A stretch of DNA of 64,000 bases from Patellaria atrata CBS 101060 (lineage: Eukaryota), in assembly GCA_010093705.1 (NCBI GenBank), contig MU006090.1, positions 1,391,817 to 1,455,816 on the forward strand, read 5' to 3'. The translations under genes were made by a program, and so were the position numbers. The notes below the pieces were generated by a model that was given only the letters and a program-made list of their open reading frames with translations, was not told the DNA's origin and made no database searches. This document shows positions 1-13,227 of the stretch, in pieces (the stretch's first letter is position 1; each line of letters begins with the position of its first letter).

Positions 1-1035
1 CATAAGCGGCGCGGCCAACGCTGCTTTTCGGAGGATTTGAGCACACCCACCGCACCGTGTGTGAGATGTGAAAGCGCCTACAGACCTGCATGCACGTGGT
101 GTAGCTGTACTGTACCTCCCTACTGTATGTACTATGGAGGTCTTGAGCTTGAGGGATACGGTATGTACAGTACAGATGCCTCGTACATACGAGGCAAGCG
201 GGAGTTTTCTTGTGCACTAGGCGCTTTCGATGTGTTGCTTCGGCTTCTCCGATTACCGGGATCGTGTCGCCGCGCGGTTGGGAGGGATTTGAAGATTCTA
301 CTGTACGAGTAGGTACTGTAAATGTGCAGAAGAGGATCGATGTTACACGACCTTAAAGTACAATATCTTACCGGACGTTGAGACTAATGGGGATTACTGT
401 TTCTGCAGCACTTCATCGCTTGGAAATTAGAAGAACTTCATTCTCCATTCCTTCCCACGTGAGAGCACCGATGCTGGTCTGCTGGATTGCAGATGACAGC
501 TGTCAAATCTTGTAGGATGAAAGGGTACTGCAGTAGACCCATTCGTCCGGTAGACTCCAAAACCTATCTCTCACCATTGGTCAATGTCAATGACGAGAAT
601 CTCTAGTGAGTGCACAGGAGTGACAACACGCGCTACGAGTATAATGTAAGTTAGAATTGAAGTCATAGACGAAAGTTTCTCTCTACCTTACTGCCATGAT
701 ATGAAAGTGGATGATGTCGATTCAGCATCATCAACCTCTCGAAAAGCTCAAGGACGTCGATCTTCCATCTCCCTTACATGTCACCGCTTGTCAATCGAGT
801 CGATTGCAACATAACAGCCAATGATAATATTCACGTACCTGACGCTGAACGACCACAGCGAATGCCGCAATATATTCCATCAATAAGCCGCAAGGTACCT
901 GGTGTAGCTCTTCATAGCTATGCCCTTGCCATTATTACCGATGACGTTTGATTTACAAGCCAGCTCTTCTCACATAAACCTCTGTATGACAAGAACTCGC
1001 CATGGCAGTAGAGCATCTCAGAAGACTCATCCACA

Positions 1036-2417
1036 ATGACACTGAAGATGCTATCAAGTGCACAGATAGCAATTGTTGGCCTGCTTGCGAGTGCAATATC
1101 AATTGGAGGCCAAGGGCTGATCACAGACCCCGGTGTTGCTGGACTACCCCTAGAAATAGCCCACCTTTACTACGATCAATCGCCTACAGGTATAGCTGTT
1201 TCTTCAACGGGGCGCATATTCTCCAACTATCTAGCCGGCCTCGATGCAAATAATACGAATAATGGGAGCAATGGCAAGTATCAGGTGGCCGAATTTACGA
1301 GCAATAACACCGAGAAACCGTATCCGAGCCTGGGATGAACACCCCTCCGGGTGGTGCAATTGATTATTGCGAATATCGTCACAGTGAGTTCCGCATGTGG
1401 AGGTCGCCAGCGCAATGTCCAGACTCCTGATCGATCATATTAGCTGCCAAGGGTCTCTCCACCTAATCGGCGTCCAAAGTGTGGTGATAGACTCGCTCGA
1501 CCGTCTCTGGATACTTGATACGGGAAGAGCCCAGACGGAAAATGGGACTCAAGCTACTGCGTCATACGGCGGCCCCAAGCTGATTGGAGTGAATCTCGAA
1601 GATGACACCATCATCAAGACGATCGTATTTCCTCCCAGTGTAGCATATGCAGACTCGTACCTCAACGATATCCGCTTCGATCTTCGAGCAAACGTAACCT
1701 CTTCCGGAGGTGGGATTGCATATATAACTGACTCCAGCGCCCAGCACAGCGGCATCATCATCGTTGATCTCGGTACCGGCGAATCCTGGCGTCATCTAGG
1801 CGGCGCTATGGCCGTTCAACCAGAGGAGAAGTTCGTCCCTTTCGTTTGGGGACAACCTCTCTACCGGGTCCCAGGATCGGAGCAGCCCCTTTCCTATGTC
1901 AATTTTGGTTCTGACGGTATCGCACTGTTGACAGACGGAGAAAACCTCTTCTTCTCGCCGGTCGCTTCGCGCTACATTTACTCAGTCCCCACCGCACGTC
2001 TCCGTGCTAAAGACAAGACATCTGAGGTTTTGGCTCAAGCTGCGATTCAGAGATGGAACCAGAAGGGTGTGAGCGATGGTCTGGAAACGGATACGAATGG
2101 ATACATCTACGCAGGTAACGTCGAACAGAATGCCGTAGTGTTCTTCAACCCAGCAAATGGAACCACGACGCTATTCGTCAGGGATCCGCGCACCAACTGG
2201 GTGGATATGTGTAAGTTTTCAGAGTATAGTCGATCTATTGGGACAATATACTCACATATTTCCAGTTTCCGTCGCTACGGACAGATATATCTACTTCACG
2301 GTGAATCAACTGCATATGTCGAAGTCGTACTATCCCGGGACTGATAGACGCGTGAAGCCTTGCGCGGCTTTTAGAGCGCTATTACCAGATGGAGGTACCA
2401 AAGTGAATCTCTCGTAG
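1036..2417 (+). pseudogene. Major royal jelly protein / yellow-like secreted beta-propeller protein, disrupted
   Basis: Signal peptide and MRJP-type motifs (PTGIAVSSTGRIFSNY, GVQSVVIDSLDRLWILDTG, YLNDIRFDL, SDGLETDTNGYIY). Introns 1384-1443 and 2211-2265. The frame breaks at ~1335 (TGA; MNTPPGGAIDY continues in another frame) and again at ~1460. Confidence 0.75.
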
Positions 2418-4682
2418 ATACCCCTGAGGTGTCTTGGCATCATTGGTATCTGTACTGTAAGATGTGCCGAGTATATGCAACTGAGATTAGTACGCTCGGT
2501 ATTCCGGAATCATTGTAATCTTATCTGTATATATCTAACGCTTTTATTGTAATGTCCTCCACAATGATAAGATTAATACATATTTTCTGTATTATAGCTC
2601 TTCAGTTTGCATGTGAGTATACAGCTAATATCATTACGCACTTAGCTGGAGCTCCATCGCCGTTCCTCGTTGATGTACAGCGAATGCACACGTCTCGTGC
2701 CGTCGTGAATTGGCGCTCTTGCCGTACAACGCACACGTTGGCGTTCACGTTCGAAAGGAACTTGGATGATCTATATATCGCTCGCCGACTATATAGGGAT
2801 AAGTGCTTTTCTGCTACCGTACATCTGAAGAAAAATCTTCCTTACGCATCGCTACTATGAGGTGGATTGACGAATCACGTCTAAGTGCGAGTTTATAAGC
2901 AATATAAGGCAGGAATAGGGGTTTTTTGTACGACATACCGCGGACAATAACGGCGCAGATTCTAGTTCCGATATATACCAGATAAGACTCATAAGAACTC
3001 CCTGGATGTTGTACTCTCGTGTAATTCGCGGATTGTTGAAAGATGACCTGGAAACTGAACTTTGTCCTTTGATGTCTGGAATCCCCGTTCAGCCAGTATC
3101 GGCCGAGATGGTTGTTCTACTAGCTTGTAATGCAGATATGTGATCCTGAGCACCCTGTTCTGGGAGTTCAGAGAGAATGTGGCCAACGACAAGCTGAAGG
3201 TATCTCACCTCTTGAAATGGATTCCTAATAGGATAAGCTAGTGGGAATTGAGATCTATTCGCTCTATACTATTCTAGGAATCACTTTTAGATGAATGTCA
3301 CTCCTGGGTGTCAATATATTGAGTTGAAGAGTAAGGTATCACCATCGAAAGGTAGAGCTCCGTACTCATCAAACAACTGAATGCTAGAAAGAAAGCCTTC
3401 ATCAAAATTATGGTCAAGTAATCACTAAGGTAATGCGATATAAATAAAAAAAATAAATCAAAGAGTAAGAAAACAAAAAAGAATCCACCTTTCGGTGCTT
3501 ATCGCGGTAGATGCACGGCATTATGAAACTATACCAAGCGCGCCCTAGTGGACTCGAACATGAAACTAAAGGTGAGTTGAGTCGCTGACGGATGTCTCCC
3601 CCAACTAGACCATATGACCAGGTTTTGATACCGACATATTTCTCCGCGGGCAAATATGTAGATGGTTACCAGCAAACGGAAAGAGCTACCGAGACTTGGC
3701 GAAAAGGAGAGGGAAAGGGAAGCAGCGGGTTTAGGGGAAGGAACGACAGAGCTGTTATCTTGCTCTTGAACCTGTACACGTGATTTATGAATGGGTAGTA
3801 TTTGATGATAATGGAAATCCGCTGAATGGCTCCAGGTTCGAGCTATCACAAGGAAAAAGGTGAACATAACAGTAAGAGAAGTCTGTCCCCTATCCTCGAT
3901 GAAGATTAAAAGGAAATTCGCCCAATGCTTAGATTTCCTTAAGCACAAATTCAGATACTAAGTACTGGTGTAGCTTGGATCTAGATAAGGAATCACACCA
4001 GGTTTTGACTTGTTGGAACAGACTATGACATTTTATATGGACACTAACTATAGGACACGGACATTAGGAATTTGATGATCTCTGGTGTGAGAATAGTGTG
4101 AGAACAGGGTGGTAATCTGATGTGGATGAATTCGTTTATCATGATTTTGATAAAGTCCGTTAGCTGAGCATACCGCCAAGGTGAAGCTCTTACTTTATGT
4201 TACTTCTGTCTTTTCAATTCGTTGACTATGTGATTTCACTGGATGACTACTGCTTAACTCTGGAAAAAAGTAAAAATTAGAACGTGGATTAGAGAAAACT
4301 TGCATTCAGATGAAGATCACGTCTTCGCAAAGTAACGGATCCACGGGAGAGATAAAGTAGAAGATAGATGACTTGTTCTCACTGCTCTTCAAATCACCGG
4401 AAATCAGTTAAAAGGAGTTTATCACATAACACTGAACTTTACGCGAATACAGGTGCAACCGTCGCAAAATTCCAACAGGTAGTTCCACCTTCTCATAACG
4501 CCATCATTGTCTGCTCGTATGGAGACTCTCTAACCTAAGCAATCAATCCTCCCATAGAGTGCTTCAAACGCCAATCCCATGCATATCCGATCCGCCCCCG
4601 GATCCTGGGGATTAATGCACACCAAACACATGGATAGAGAAGAGAAACAGATGGTGAACAGTGGGAGGATGTTCTTGAACAG

Positions 4683-6552
4683 TTAGTCGACAAGCATCGC
4701 AAGATTTGGAGGCAGGCGTGCAGTGGGTGAAATCGTGCCATCCGGTCGATATATTGCATGGGGCTGAGGAGAAATGGTGATCTTTTCCGGTCTGACGGGC
4801 TCTGAATATGGTGGTGACGTGTTATTTCGAGCAGCCTGAGGAGAGAGTGGAACCATCGGTCCAGGCGCTTGTGATAAGGACGGCAAGCTTTCTTTTCTAG
4901 TTTTGCTCTGGCCTTTCGATTTGGTTTGGTTCGTTTGTGAAGTTGCCTTGGAAACTTTGAGAACATTGCTGATCTTCTGGTTGGTGATTGCTTGCTTCTT
5001 GGTTGCTGCGGGTCTCCGTTTGACTGCTGGTTTGGTAGTCTTCGGAGCGGCCTTCTTCTTCTCGGGAGCCTTTTTGCCTCCCTTCGTATTTGCTGATGCG
5101 CTCTTTTTCGTGGGAGTGGAAGGTTGTTCCTGTCCGGATAGTTTCCCAGTTGACAGCGCGATTTCATCCAGAACCATTGGTTTAAGTCGAGGGCTCGACA
5201 CAGGTGTGAGCATTCCTTGAATTCTGTCAAGTGTCCTATTCTTGGTGGGAGAAGGAATTTCGACCGAGACTTCGCATGCATCCTTCTTCTGCTTTACTTC
5301 CTCATCGGTAACCTTTGTAAGGTCTAAGGGTTCATCTTCGTCTGGTAGTGCAGCCTGTCTAGCAACTTCATCACATGGTCCTTTCACCACGATATCCCAA
5401 CAATTCTCGAGATCTTTCCCAATCGGGACTGGATCGTTATTGATCCAAATAGAAAGACCATCTCGGCTATCTCTCACTATATTGCACATTTCGCGGGCAA
5501 TTCGACGAACCCCAGGGACTTTCAAGGTAGTCCCAACTACGATCACTGCGTCAGGTCGTCGACGCAAGTCCGAAGCCGTTACAGATCCGATAGCCTCACC
5601 GTCTGGATTGTGCTCGTTATAGAGCACCATTCGGGGGCGCAATCGTCCAATGCCTTGGCCTCTTTTGCTCGCAAGTTCACGAGCTAATTCGTCGTTTTTG
5701 CAATCTCCACAAGGTGGTGGAGTTGGGCCCTCAAACTTTTCCGGCTGAAACTTCGAAAGTTTATGACACTTAGTGCATACCATGTGATCAAGTCCGCCGT
5801 GAAGTTGAATGGTCTTTGGCCAAGGGCCCTTCTTTGGAAGAGGGACTTCCGTCGCAAGACTTTTAGACTTGATGTCTATTCCGTCTACATTCTGAGTGTA
5901 GAGACGAAGAAGGCGCTTCTCTTTTGCGAGTCTCGCGAGCATTTTGTGGAACAGGGTAGGTTCAGCGGACTTTGTAAGTTGGGAGAGCGAGCGAACCATA
6001 TCATGGAAGGAGGATGTTGAAGAGTCATCACTGTAGACTGATGCGTCAAAAAGATCCTTGCCAGAAGACTTCAGTTTGTATTGTGACCGCAATGAGTTAA
6101 AGAGGCCTTTGGAAGATCGAAAGTCGGGTACTAAAACGTGTGTTAGCGACCGTAAACGGACAGGCGATGGGGTGTAAGCACATACTTCCAGCAGAGACGG
6201 ATATTCCAGCACCGGCAATTACGACAATTTTTCGCTTTTTGTGTAGACATTTCAATAACCGAGCGAGGATTGCTTTATGATCGAGGTCGAATTCGTCAGT
6301 GCTTAGGTCGAGGTATTCGGTTGTTCGCTCTTTCGGTTCCGTAACCCGCCTTTTCTTCTTTGGGGGACCCTCGTCATCGCCAGCACTCGAAGTTTGACGC
6401 GACATATCTTCCGGAAGTGGAGAGGACTCTGTCGAAGAGGACTGTTGAGAAGAATAAGGAGTAGGATACAGAAGATCAGGCGGGGGAGATGGTGAAAGAG
6501 ATGCAGGCGAGCTCAACCGGGAGCTCGCATCGGAGAGGGCGTCGATATCCAT
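4683..6552 (-). CDS. HST4: NAD-dependent histone deacetylase, Sir2 family (Hst3/Hst4 type)
   Basis: GAGISVSAG|IPDFRS joined across intron 6185-6131; YTQNVDG, QLHG, CTKC..CGDC zinc motif, GTTLK; Lys/Pro-rich C-terminal tail. Confidence 0.9.
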
Positions 6553-7673
6553 TGTAAGAAAGAGGAGGTTCGTCGCACGACAAGCGAGAGTGTATATACC
6601 GGTATTAGATAAGTGGAACTAAATCATGAGCTTAAATGGTCGGTAAAATGTCGCGCATTTGGGTCCGGGAACAAAGAAGCAACGCGACGTGGTCGTGATT
6701 GCTTTCAGTGAGTGAAGGGAGAGGAAAGGGAAGCGGGTGGTAGAGCAAAAGGATGACGGGGAGGTGAGAGGGTGAGAGGGTGAGAGGTGGTTTGTTGCCA
6801 AACTCGCTCGATTTGGGGATTGGCGGCTCCCGGAAAATCAGGGACGGATGCTCCACCCAAACGAACAGTAAACAGACCAGTGCGACCACTTGTTTTGCTT
6901 CAAATATGGACGATCCTTAACTTTATTTTGGCCTCTAGTCAAAAAGATAACACTGCAGACAACTCAAAGAATTGACTGAAAGATTTATATATGCTCTGAT
7001 CCTTATATATCGGGCGAATGCAGTATTCACGCCCAATGACTCCTCTTATTGTGTCATTGAAGGTATTGTCCTTACCCATTGTCATCGTCAGGAATGAAAT
7101 GATTCTCCCACCTAAAGGCAGATAGCGTAAAGCTCTTTATCGTACAGTCGTATTTGATCTTTCCCCTTTTGCAACCAATCGTAATTTATATTGAAATAAG
7201 ATGATACAATAATTTCTATACTTACTGCACCATAAAGTAGATGTTAACTTCCCCTAAGCGCGAGTCGTTCTATTTTCGCGCGTCTCACGTATCTTCGCTT
7301 ATTCGCTTATCTCTCTCTGTCCGCGCATTTTCTCCTACTGGTCAATACCTCCCAAGGTCCCGTCAGACCTCGTATCCCACACCTCTCACGAGACTGTCAC
7401 CACTTACCACTGGATCACAGCTATTGTACTGGCTACTTTTTCTTTACACATCAGCTCTGAATATGTCGTGAGTAGGTGACGCGTATCGACTCAGTTTACC
7501 ATCGAGTCTTGTGAGAAAACTTGACTATGCCTTCCTAACCTCACTCTTTCCGTTCGCCTTGAGGTTCGTTTTCTTCATCTAAGGCTGCTCTATATCCCCT
7601 TATCGTATGGTCTTTATGTACAATCATTGTCAGGATTTAATGGTACTATTATAGTGCATGTATTCTATCTGAG

Positions 7674-10600
7674 ATGCCTTTGATGATGGAGGACGATCAG
7701 TACATGGAAGACCTCTTCGGAGATTCTGAAACTGTTCAACTACCTACATTCACTACCCTCAAAGGCTTATCTCAGCGTCTAGATGAACTACAGGAGAGTG
7801 GTTGCTGTCAGTAAGTCTACTAATAGACCTAGTATATCAGTCAAAAGTCCCTTAATCCACTCGATACGCCGCTCACCCGTTTTCTAGGAAAATTGCATGG
7901 TCTAAGGCCGGAGGTATCGCAACTATTACCCGCGACGGACGTGGAATAACGTTGCGAGCACTTGTACGAAACCCAGAAAATGGAAAATGGGAACTCAGCG
8001 ATGAGATACCCATACAGATACCAGAGTCACATGATGACCATTGCTTCGTTCACCTAGCCTGGAGTTACATGGGCAATGATCTTGCAGTCGTTGACGATGC
8101 CGGCCGGATTATGATTTTCTCTACTGAGACAGTACTTGGTAAAATGAACATCAGCCGATCAAGTGCCGTTGATTCGGAAGATGAGTTAGGGGCTATTGTG
8201 GGCTTATATTGGCTACCTGTCGCGCCTCACAAGGAAAAAGTACCTTTACATCATCCATTCGATCAATCACATCTAACGTGGATCTAGTCCGCAGTGTTCT
8301 GGTCTGGACAACGTGATAGTGATCAATGGGTTTACCGTATGTCTCATCACCTTCCAGCCGGTCCGCACAATCCGGTTCAGAATAGGTCTGCACTAGTATG
8401 CGTTACAAGGAGCGGGACTGTCCGATTACTGTACCAGCAAGTCGATGGACAATGGCTCGAAACTGTCACTGAGCTAGAGAATATCACCACTGCTTCTGAA
8501 ACCTTGACTCATGCGTCGTTTACTGAACATAGTAATGTACAGAAAGCCGGTAAATCCGAAGAGAATGGTGAGATAACCAGGGTCCTTTTTGTTCGGACAT
8601 AGCTCTAAAGTAATCTTTAGATGACTCTCTCTTTTTAGCTATACACGACACATCTGGTCTGGTTAGATTATACAGAATCAAAATCAATTGGAATGGGTTT
8701 CCCCAGCAACCGAACCAGACTCCTGCTTTTGCAACAATGTCTCTGAAGACGGAAGATCATTGTTTCCCGAGCCGACCAAGTGGGGAATTTGATGGCCAAA
8801 ATCTACCCTCCTCCCGCCAACTAACCTACCTCGAGATGATTCCAATAGCACTTGAGCAGAGAGAAGTAACTTCCTTGACTATCATGGCTGTGTTCTCATC
8901 CGCTCCTATGCCACCAAGTCTGATGGACACTACACAGCAAGCACATAGCCCGTCGAGTGTAATTGTCCGATGGGACTTCCAACAGACGATGAATAAGCTT
9001 CATCCGAGTTTCGATCAACTGAGCTCCAAAAAAAAGCCAGCTACTAGTATAGATGCCAGGGTAAGCATCCTGATGTGCTCGTCATAATTTGTGTTAACCC
9101 CCTGTTAGAAGTCATTTGTATTAAAGCGACATCCCGACGTTGTAACTAATAATGTAGTACTTGCAGTCTTCCCGCTGATACAGAACACTCTGTACGCATT
9201 CTATCTGGGCGACGGTAGCGTAGAGTTCCGGAGCAGGAATTCGATGGAGCCTGTGGCTGCGGACTACAACAATGACCTAGTCAGCTCCCTTCCCCAAGCA
9301 GGGTTTGGATTTCCAATAGATGAAGCAGGTATTTGAACTTACTTGATTCGTTCCTGTCGACATGGTTAACGCTATTCAGGAATTCAGACTGCACTCTCGC
9401 CAAATTTCTGTCTAGCAGCAGTTATGAAGGCTGATGGCTCAGTCCACTTGAAAAGGATGGAGTATACATTAGGCTCGCTGGCTACTGCTGACGATGATCC
9501 GAAATACTCCGCTGCTGCTGCAGCTATAGCTTTGCAACACGGTTCTGCTTGCTATCAATACTTCATCAGCGATGATCTGTTTGCTATGATCCCAGAAGAT
9601 ATAAGCCCATCATTTAGACGAAAGCTACTAAGTTTGATTTATAAAGGCCTCAACAATAACCTCGACTTCACAGCCGAAGAGACACAACAGAGGCAGTCAC
9701 AGAACCTCTTCCGCTCCCCAACCTTACACAAATGCCTCAGCGCGCAATGCATTCTCGGTTCCAGCACCCCCTTCAAACGCGACTACGCCGCCAAAGTCTC
9801 CTGGGTGACTATGAACATCCGTCTCTCCACCTACATCCTCACCATGACCGTAAAAAATAACCAACCCCTAGATGCCGACGTCGCCATCTCCGTCGTCGGC
9901 ATAATCCGCTGGTGCGGCGACCTCATGGCTTATCTAATCGGCGAACTCATGGACGCCGCCAATGCCCTCCGCGGCCACGAAGACGACCTCGAAGCCATCC
10001 ACGCGCACATCGTCACGACAAACTCGCCCGCTCTTCCGTTACTCTTGTCGTCAATACCAAGACTGCTGTTGAGATATGCCTTGAGGCCACTAAGATACGC
10101 ACAAGGTCATGCCGCCCAAGCAGCTAAAAATGCCACCCCTACCGCCGCAACCCGCGCAGCCCGCGCAGCCTTCGCAACGCTCCTTCAACTCTCTGCCGCG
10201 CGGCCTGTCCAGCCCCCCGTCTTCGACGAGCTGATCGGCGCCGTCGACTCCGCTATCCGCAACGCTTACAAGGACGCCGGCCTCGACGAAAAAGCCCGCG
10301 GCTTCGCCGAACGCGAGTTGCTCACCCGCGGCGAAGTCCCCGGCCCCCTCGCCAAAGTGGTTAAGTCCCTCCTGACGGAAATGCTCGACAAGACGATCTC
10401 CGACGCGAGCGTTGATGCCGCGCGTGTGCGCTGGACCGATACCGTCACGTTAGGGGTTACCGACGATGAGAAAGCGCGGAGATGGTGGAAGAGCCATACG
10501 TGGGATATCATCCGGAAGTGTACGCTACCGGAGGGCCGGAGGTTGAGGAGGTGCGCGCGGTGTTGTGGGGTCATGGAGGATGCGGGACCGGTGGGGAGCG

Positions 10601-10731
10601 TGTATGGGAAGGACGAGAAGGGGTCTAGCGCGGAGAGGGGGGGATTGCACCAGTGGGTCTACACGACGCAGAAGATCTGCGTGTGTTCGGGGAGTTGGGG
10701 CGTTGGGGGCTTCAGTGGGGTTGGGAAGTGA
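7674..10731 (+). CDS. MED16: Mediator complex subunit 16 (Sin4)
   Basis: Multi-exon gene. N-terminus MPLMMEDD..RLDELQESGCCQ|KIAWSK, WD-like region (HLAWSYMGNDLAVVD), LHPSFDQL, and C-terminal RRCARC..W..QKICVCSGSW zinc ribbon typical of fungal Med16. Confidence 0.9.
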
Positions 10732-10825
10732 GCGTTTGGAAAAGTCATATTGGAAACATCGTAAAAGTAGTTGGGAAATGTGTGATTTGTTTACGTATCT
10801 CGTTTTATCTTACATCGCTCTATAT

Positions 10826-11406
10826 CTATTGCTTCTTCGCACTCTCTGCGCCCTCGTTCTGCATCCCCTCACACCCGGTTGCGCGGCCTAGCATCTCTTC
10901 GGGCTTTCCATAACCCTGGTTTTGCGGCTCGCGGCCCTCGCTCGCGTGTTTCATGTCTTCGACCGCTTGGGACTTTTGCTGCGCGCCGGATTGTTGCCAT
11001 TCTTGGGAGCCGGTCACGCTGCCGATAGTTTCCTTAAAAAGGGCGTTAGTGGGAGGTTTTGTTACGGATACGGTGAGTGTGTTGGAGGGATGCTGGGTAA
11101 GAACTGGCGAAGGTGGGGGAGATATGGTGTAGGCTGTATAGCAAGTATAAAGGGGTTAATGGGTGCGAGGTTTGGGCGAGGGGAGACGCGTACGGAGAGT
11201 GTACAGTGGGGAGAAATTTGATTCTCGGGAAGGGGAATATGTACAGCGACGGTACAAGAACATGAACATGAAAGTGAGAATTGTATCAAGGGAAAGGAAG
11301 AGGTGTGTCAAGCAGGGGAGCACGGGATACATACGACAGCGGCTGCTTTGACGTATTCCGCATGGCTGGCAACGAGGCCGGGTTGTTGGTTATTGTTCGA
11401 GGACAT
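10826..11406 (-). CDS. Small hydrophilic CsbD/LEA-like stress protein
   Basis: Exon 1 11406-11335 (MSSNNNQQPGLVASHAEYVKAAAV), ~300-nt intron with CTAAC branch site, exon 2 11032-10826 (ETIGSVTGSQEWQQSGAQQK...GKPEEMLGRATGCEGMQNEG). Confidence 0.75.
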
Positions 11407-11547
11407 TCTTGTATGGTGTGAATTTGTGATTAAGCGTGGAGTATTAAAGGATCTATTTGTATGGTGTTTTGTGTAGCAATGGATAGTATGGAAATTTTGG
11501 AGTACCTCTGTTCTATATACCTTAGCTGGCGTAGCTGTCCTAAATAG

Positions 11548-11555
11548 TGACGTCA
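11548..11555. promoter_or_regulatory. Perfect CRE palindrome TGACGTCA (putative Atf1/AtfA site) upstream of the CsbD-like gene
   Basis: TGACGTCA lies ~140 bp upstream of the ATG at 11406, with a TATA-like TATATAG at ~11513-11519 on the minus strand. Confidence 0.35.
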
Positions 11556-11720
11556 AGAGCCGTGTCCTCGGGTCGCTGCGAACTACTGTATGAAACGCGT
11601 GTGACGGAAACAGAAACGTGCAAGTCTAGGGACAAGTCCTAAGGTGTATGCCATCTTGAATAATTGATACTCGTCTTATTTCAACATTGTAGACTGGTAT
11701 TCCCTGGCGGTGTACTGGGA

Positions 11721-11802
11721 CTGTACTCTACTCCACTGGCATGAACTGCACTCTACTCCACTGGCATGAACTGCACTCTGCTCCACTGGCATGAACTGTA
11801 CT
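11721..11802. repeat. 25-bp minisatellite, ~3.3 copies
   Basis: CTGYACTCTRCTCCACTGGCATGAA at 11721, 11746 and 11771, plus a partial copy at 11796. Confidence 0.9.
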
Positions 11803-13227
11803 AATGGCATTACAATACCTTACTAACAAGAGACATTCTGAATATGTAGGATTGCTTCTTCTCAGTAGTAGACTGTTGAGAGATCCGGACAGCGCCAGCG
11901 GCTACTATAAACGTGCAACTTGGCACAGTGAAGTTCAAAAAGAGCACGGTTAGCAGAGAGGAATAAGAGATCTGGCCACGTGAGCCAGTCAGCGGGGAAG
12001 AGATGGCAACAGCGGCCAGATTTACCGGTGCTGTACAGAATCGTGGATCTGACCCGCTTGAAATATATGTGATACGGTTCCAGAGTAGAACCACTCAATC
12101 GGGGGGAGAAAGATTGATCAGAGTGTATCGGAAGGATCGCCACTGTAGAGCATAAAAAAGAGCGAGATCGCTTTAAAGCGTTCTACCTGCTCTTTTAGGA
12201 GAGGTTCCAGGCTTGTCCATGCGGTTTGATATACTCTTCTCAAGATCTAACGTTCTGAGACGGGAAGATTTGGTCGGGAGGCAAATTTCAAGTTGGACCG
12301 GAAATTTCACCACCCTTAAGACAGAACGTGCAAGCACGCGAGTTTAGGAATAGCAGAAAAATACTGAAAAGCTGTTACTTTGGTAAAGAGAAGTACGGAC
12401 CGTAAAGTAGAACACAGCCTCACAGCTTGGAAATCAAGTTGTCTCGGAGAGAGCCGTGAGAAACCCCCATAAGTGCGGTGGTAGAAAGGGCTGATGGACA
12501 AAACGAAAGGACTAAAGACCGGCTGATTCTGTAAGGCCCTTTTGACAGTTGACGATACGTCGCCGACGTGCTGTTACAGTGGCATCCTGCTGTGACATTT
12601 CAGACGGTGGAGAAGGCTGAAAAAAGTACTGTACAGTTTAGACGATACAATGATACGAGTAGCAAATATCCGATTCTTCAAGTGCTGTTTCGTTTGTAGT
12701 TCTACAGTAGGTTCCCAGAGTCGTGGGCGTCGTGGGCGTCTGGCCAACCCTAAGCACTCAAGACTAGCCGGCACTGGACCCCACTCTGCACCGTTCCCCC
12801 CATATCGGCTCTGATTGATCATCAAGCAACTTCACCACGCACAAGTTACTTTCGAACTACAAACGAAACCTCTGCTCCTTCACATCACCTCTCTGACCTT
12901 CTGCCTTCTCCGCTTACAACATACCTTCCAACCCTTTATTTAGTACATGCTGTCACCTACCACGCGGGCATACTCCGCAGCACGGATCGTCTATAACCAT
13001 TGACCTGCTAACACTTCATCACCGCAACTCACTCTGAGGGACATCAGCTTCGGCCGCTGATAATTCCTTCAACTGCACCTTACAAGATATGGCTTAGTAC
13101 CCCGGTGCTTCAGCCAGGCCTTTCACCGTGTTCCCTGTATTCCTTCGCGTTACAAATAGTACCTTGAAGGCTCAAAATCTGTACAGCTTTTCAAGTCTCC
13201 AACATTCGTCCCTTGACCCTCTCCTCA

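Noticed and set aside
3538..3560. tRNA-like T-loop (GTTCGAGTCC) on the minus strand
   Set aside because: The T-stem does not pair and no D-arm or acceptor stem can be built.
3590..4330. Protein-like fragments and C/D-box-like words (TGATGA...CTGA)
   Set aside because: No recognisable family, many stops, and no convincing rRNA-antisense guide or terminal stem.
4535..5622. Long alternative-frame and antisense ORFs over HST4
   Set aside because: Shadow ORFs of the real coding sequence; the same applies to those over TRM2, KAP114, GDE1, the PPR gene and the PIR gene.
11721..11802. Regular 25-bp repeats resembling a CRISPR array
   Set aside because: Units are directly adjacent with no spacers, the context is eukaryotic, and there are no cas genes.
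12947..13097. Short upstream ORFs before nrc-2
   Set aside because: The transcription start is unknown and ORFs this short are expected by chance.
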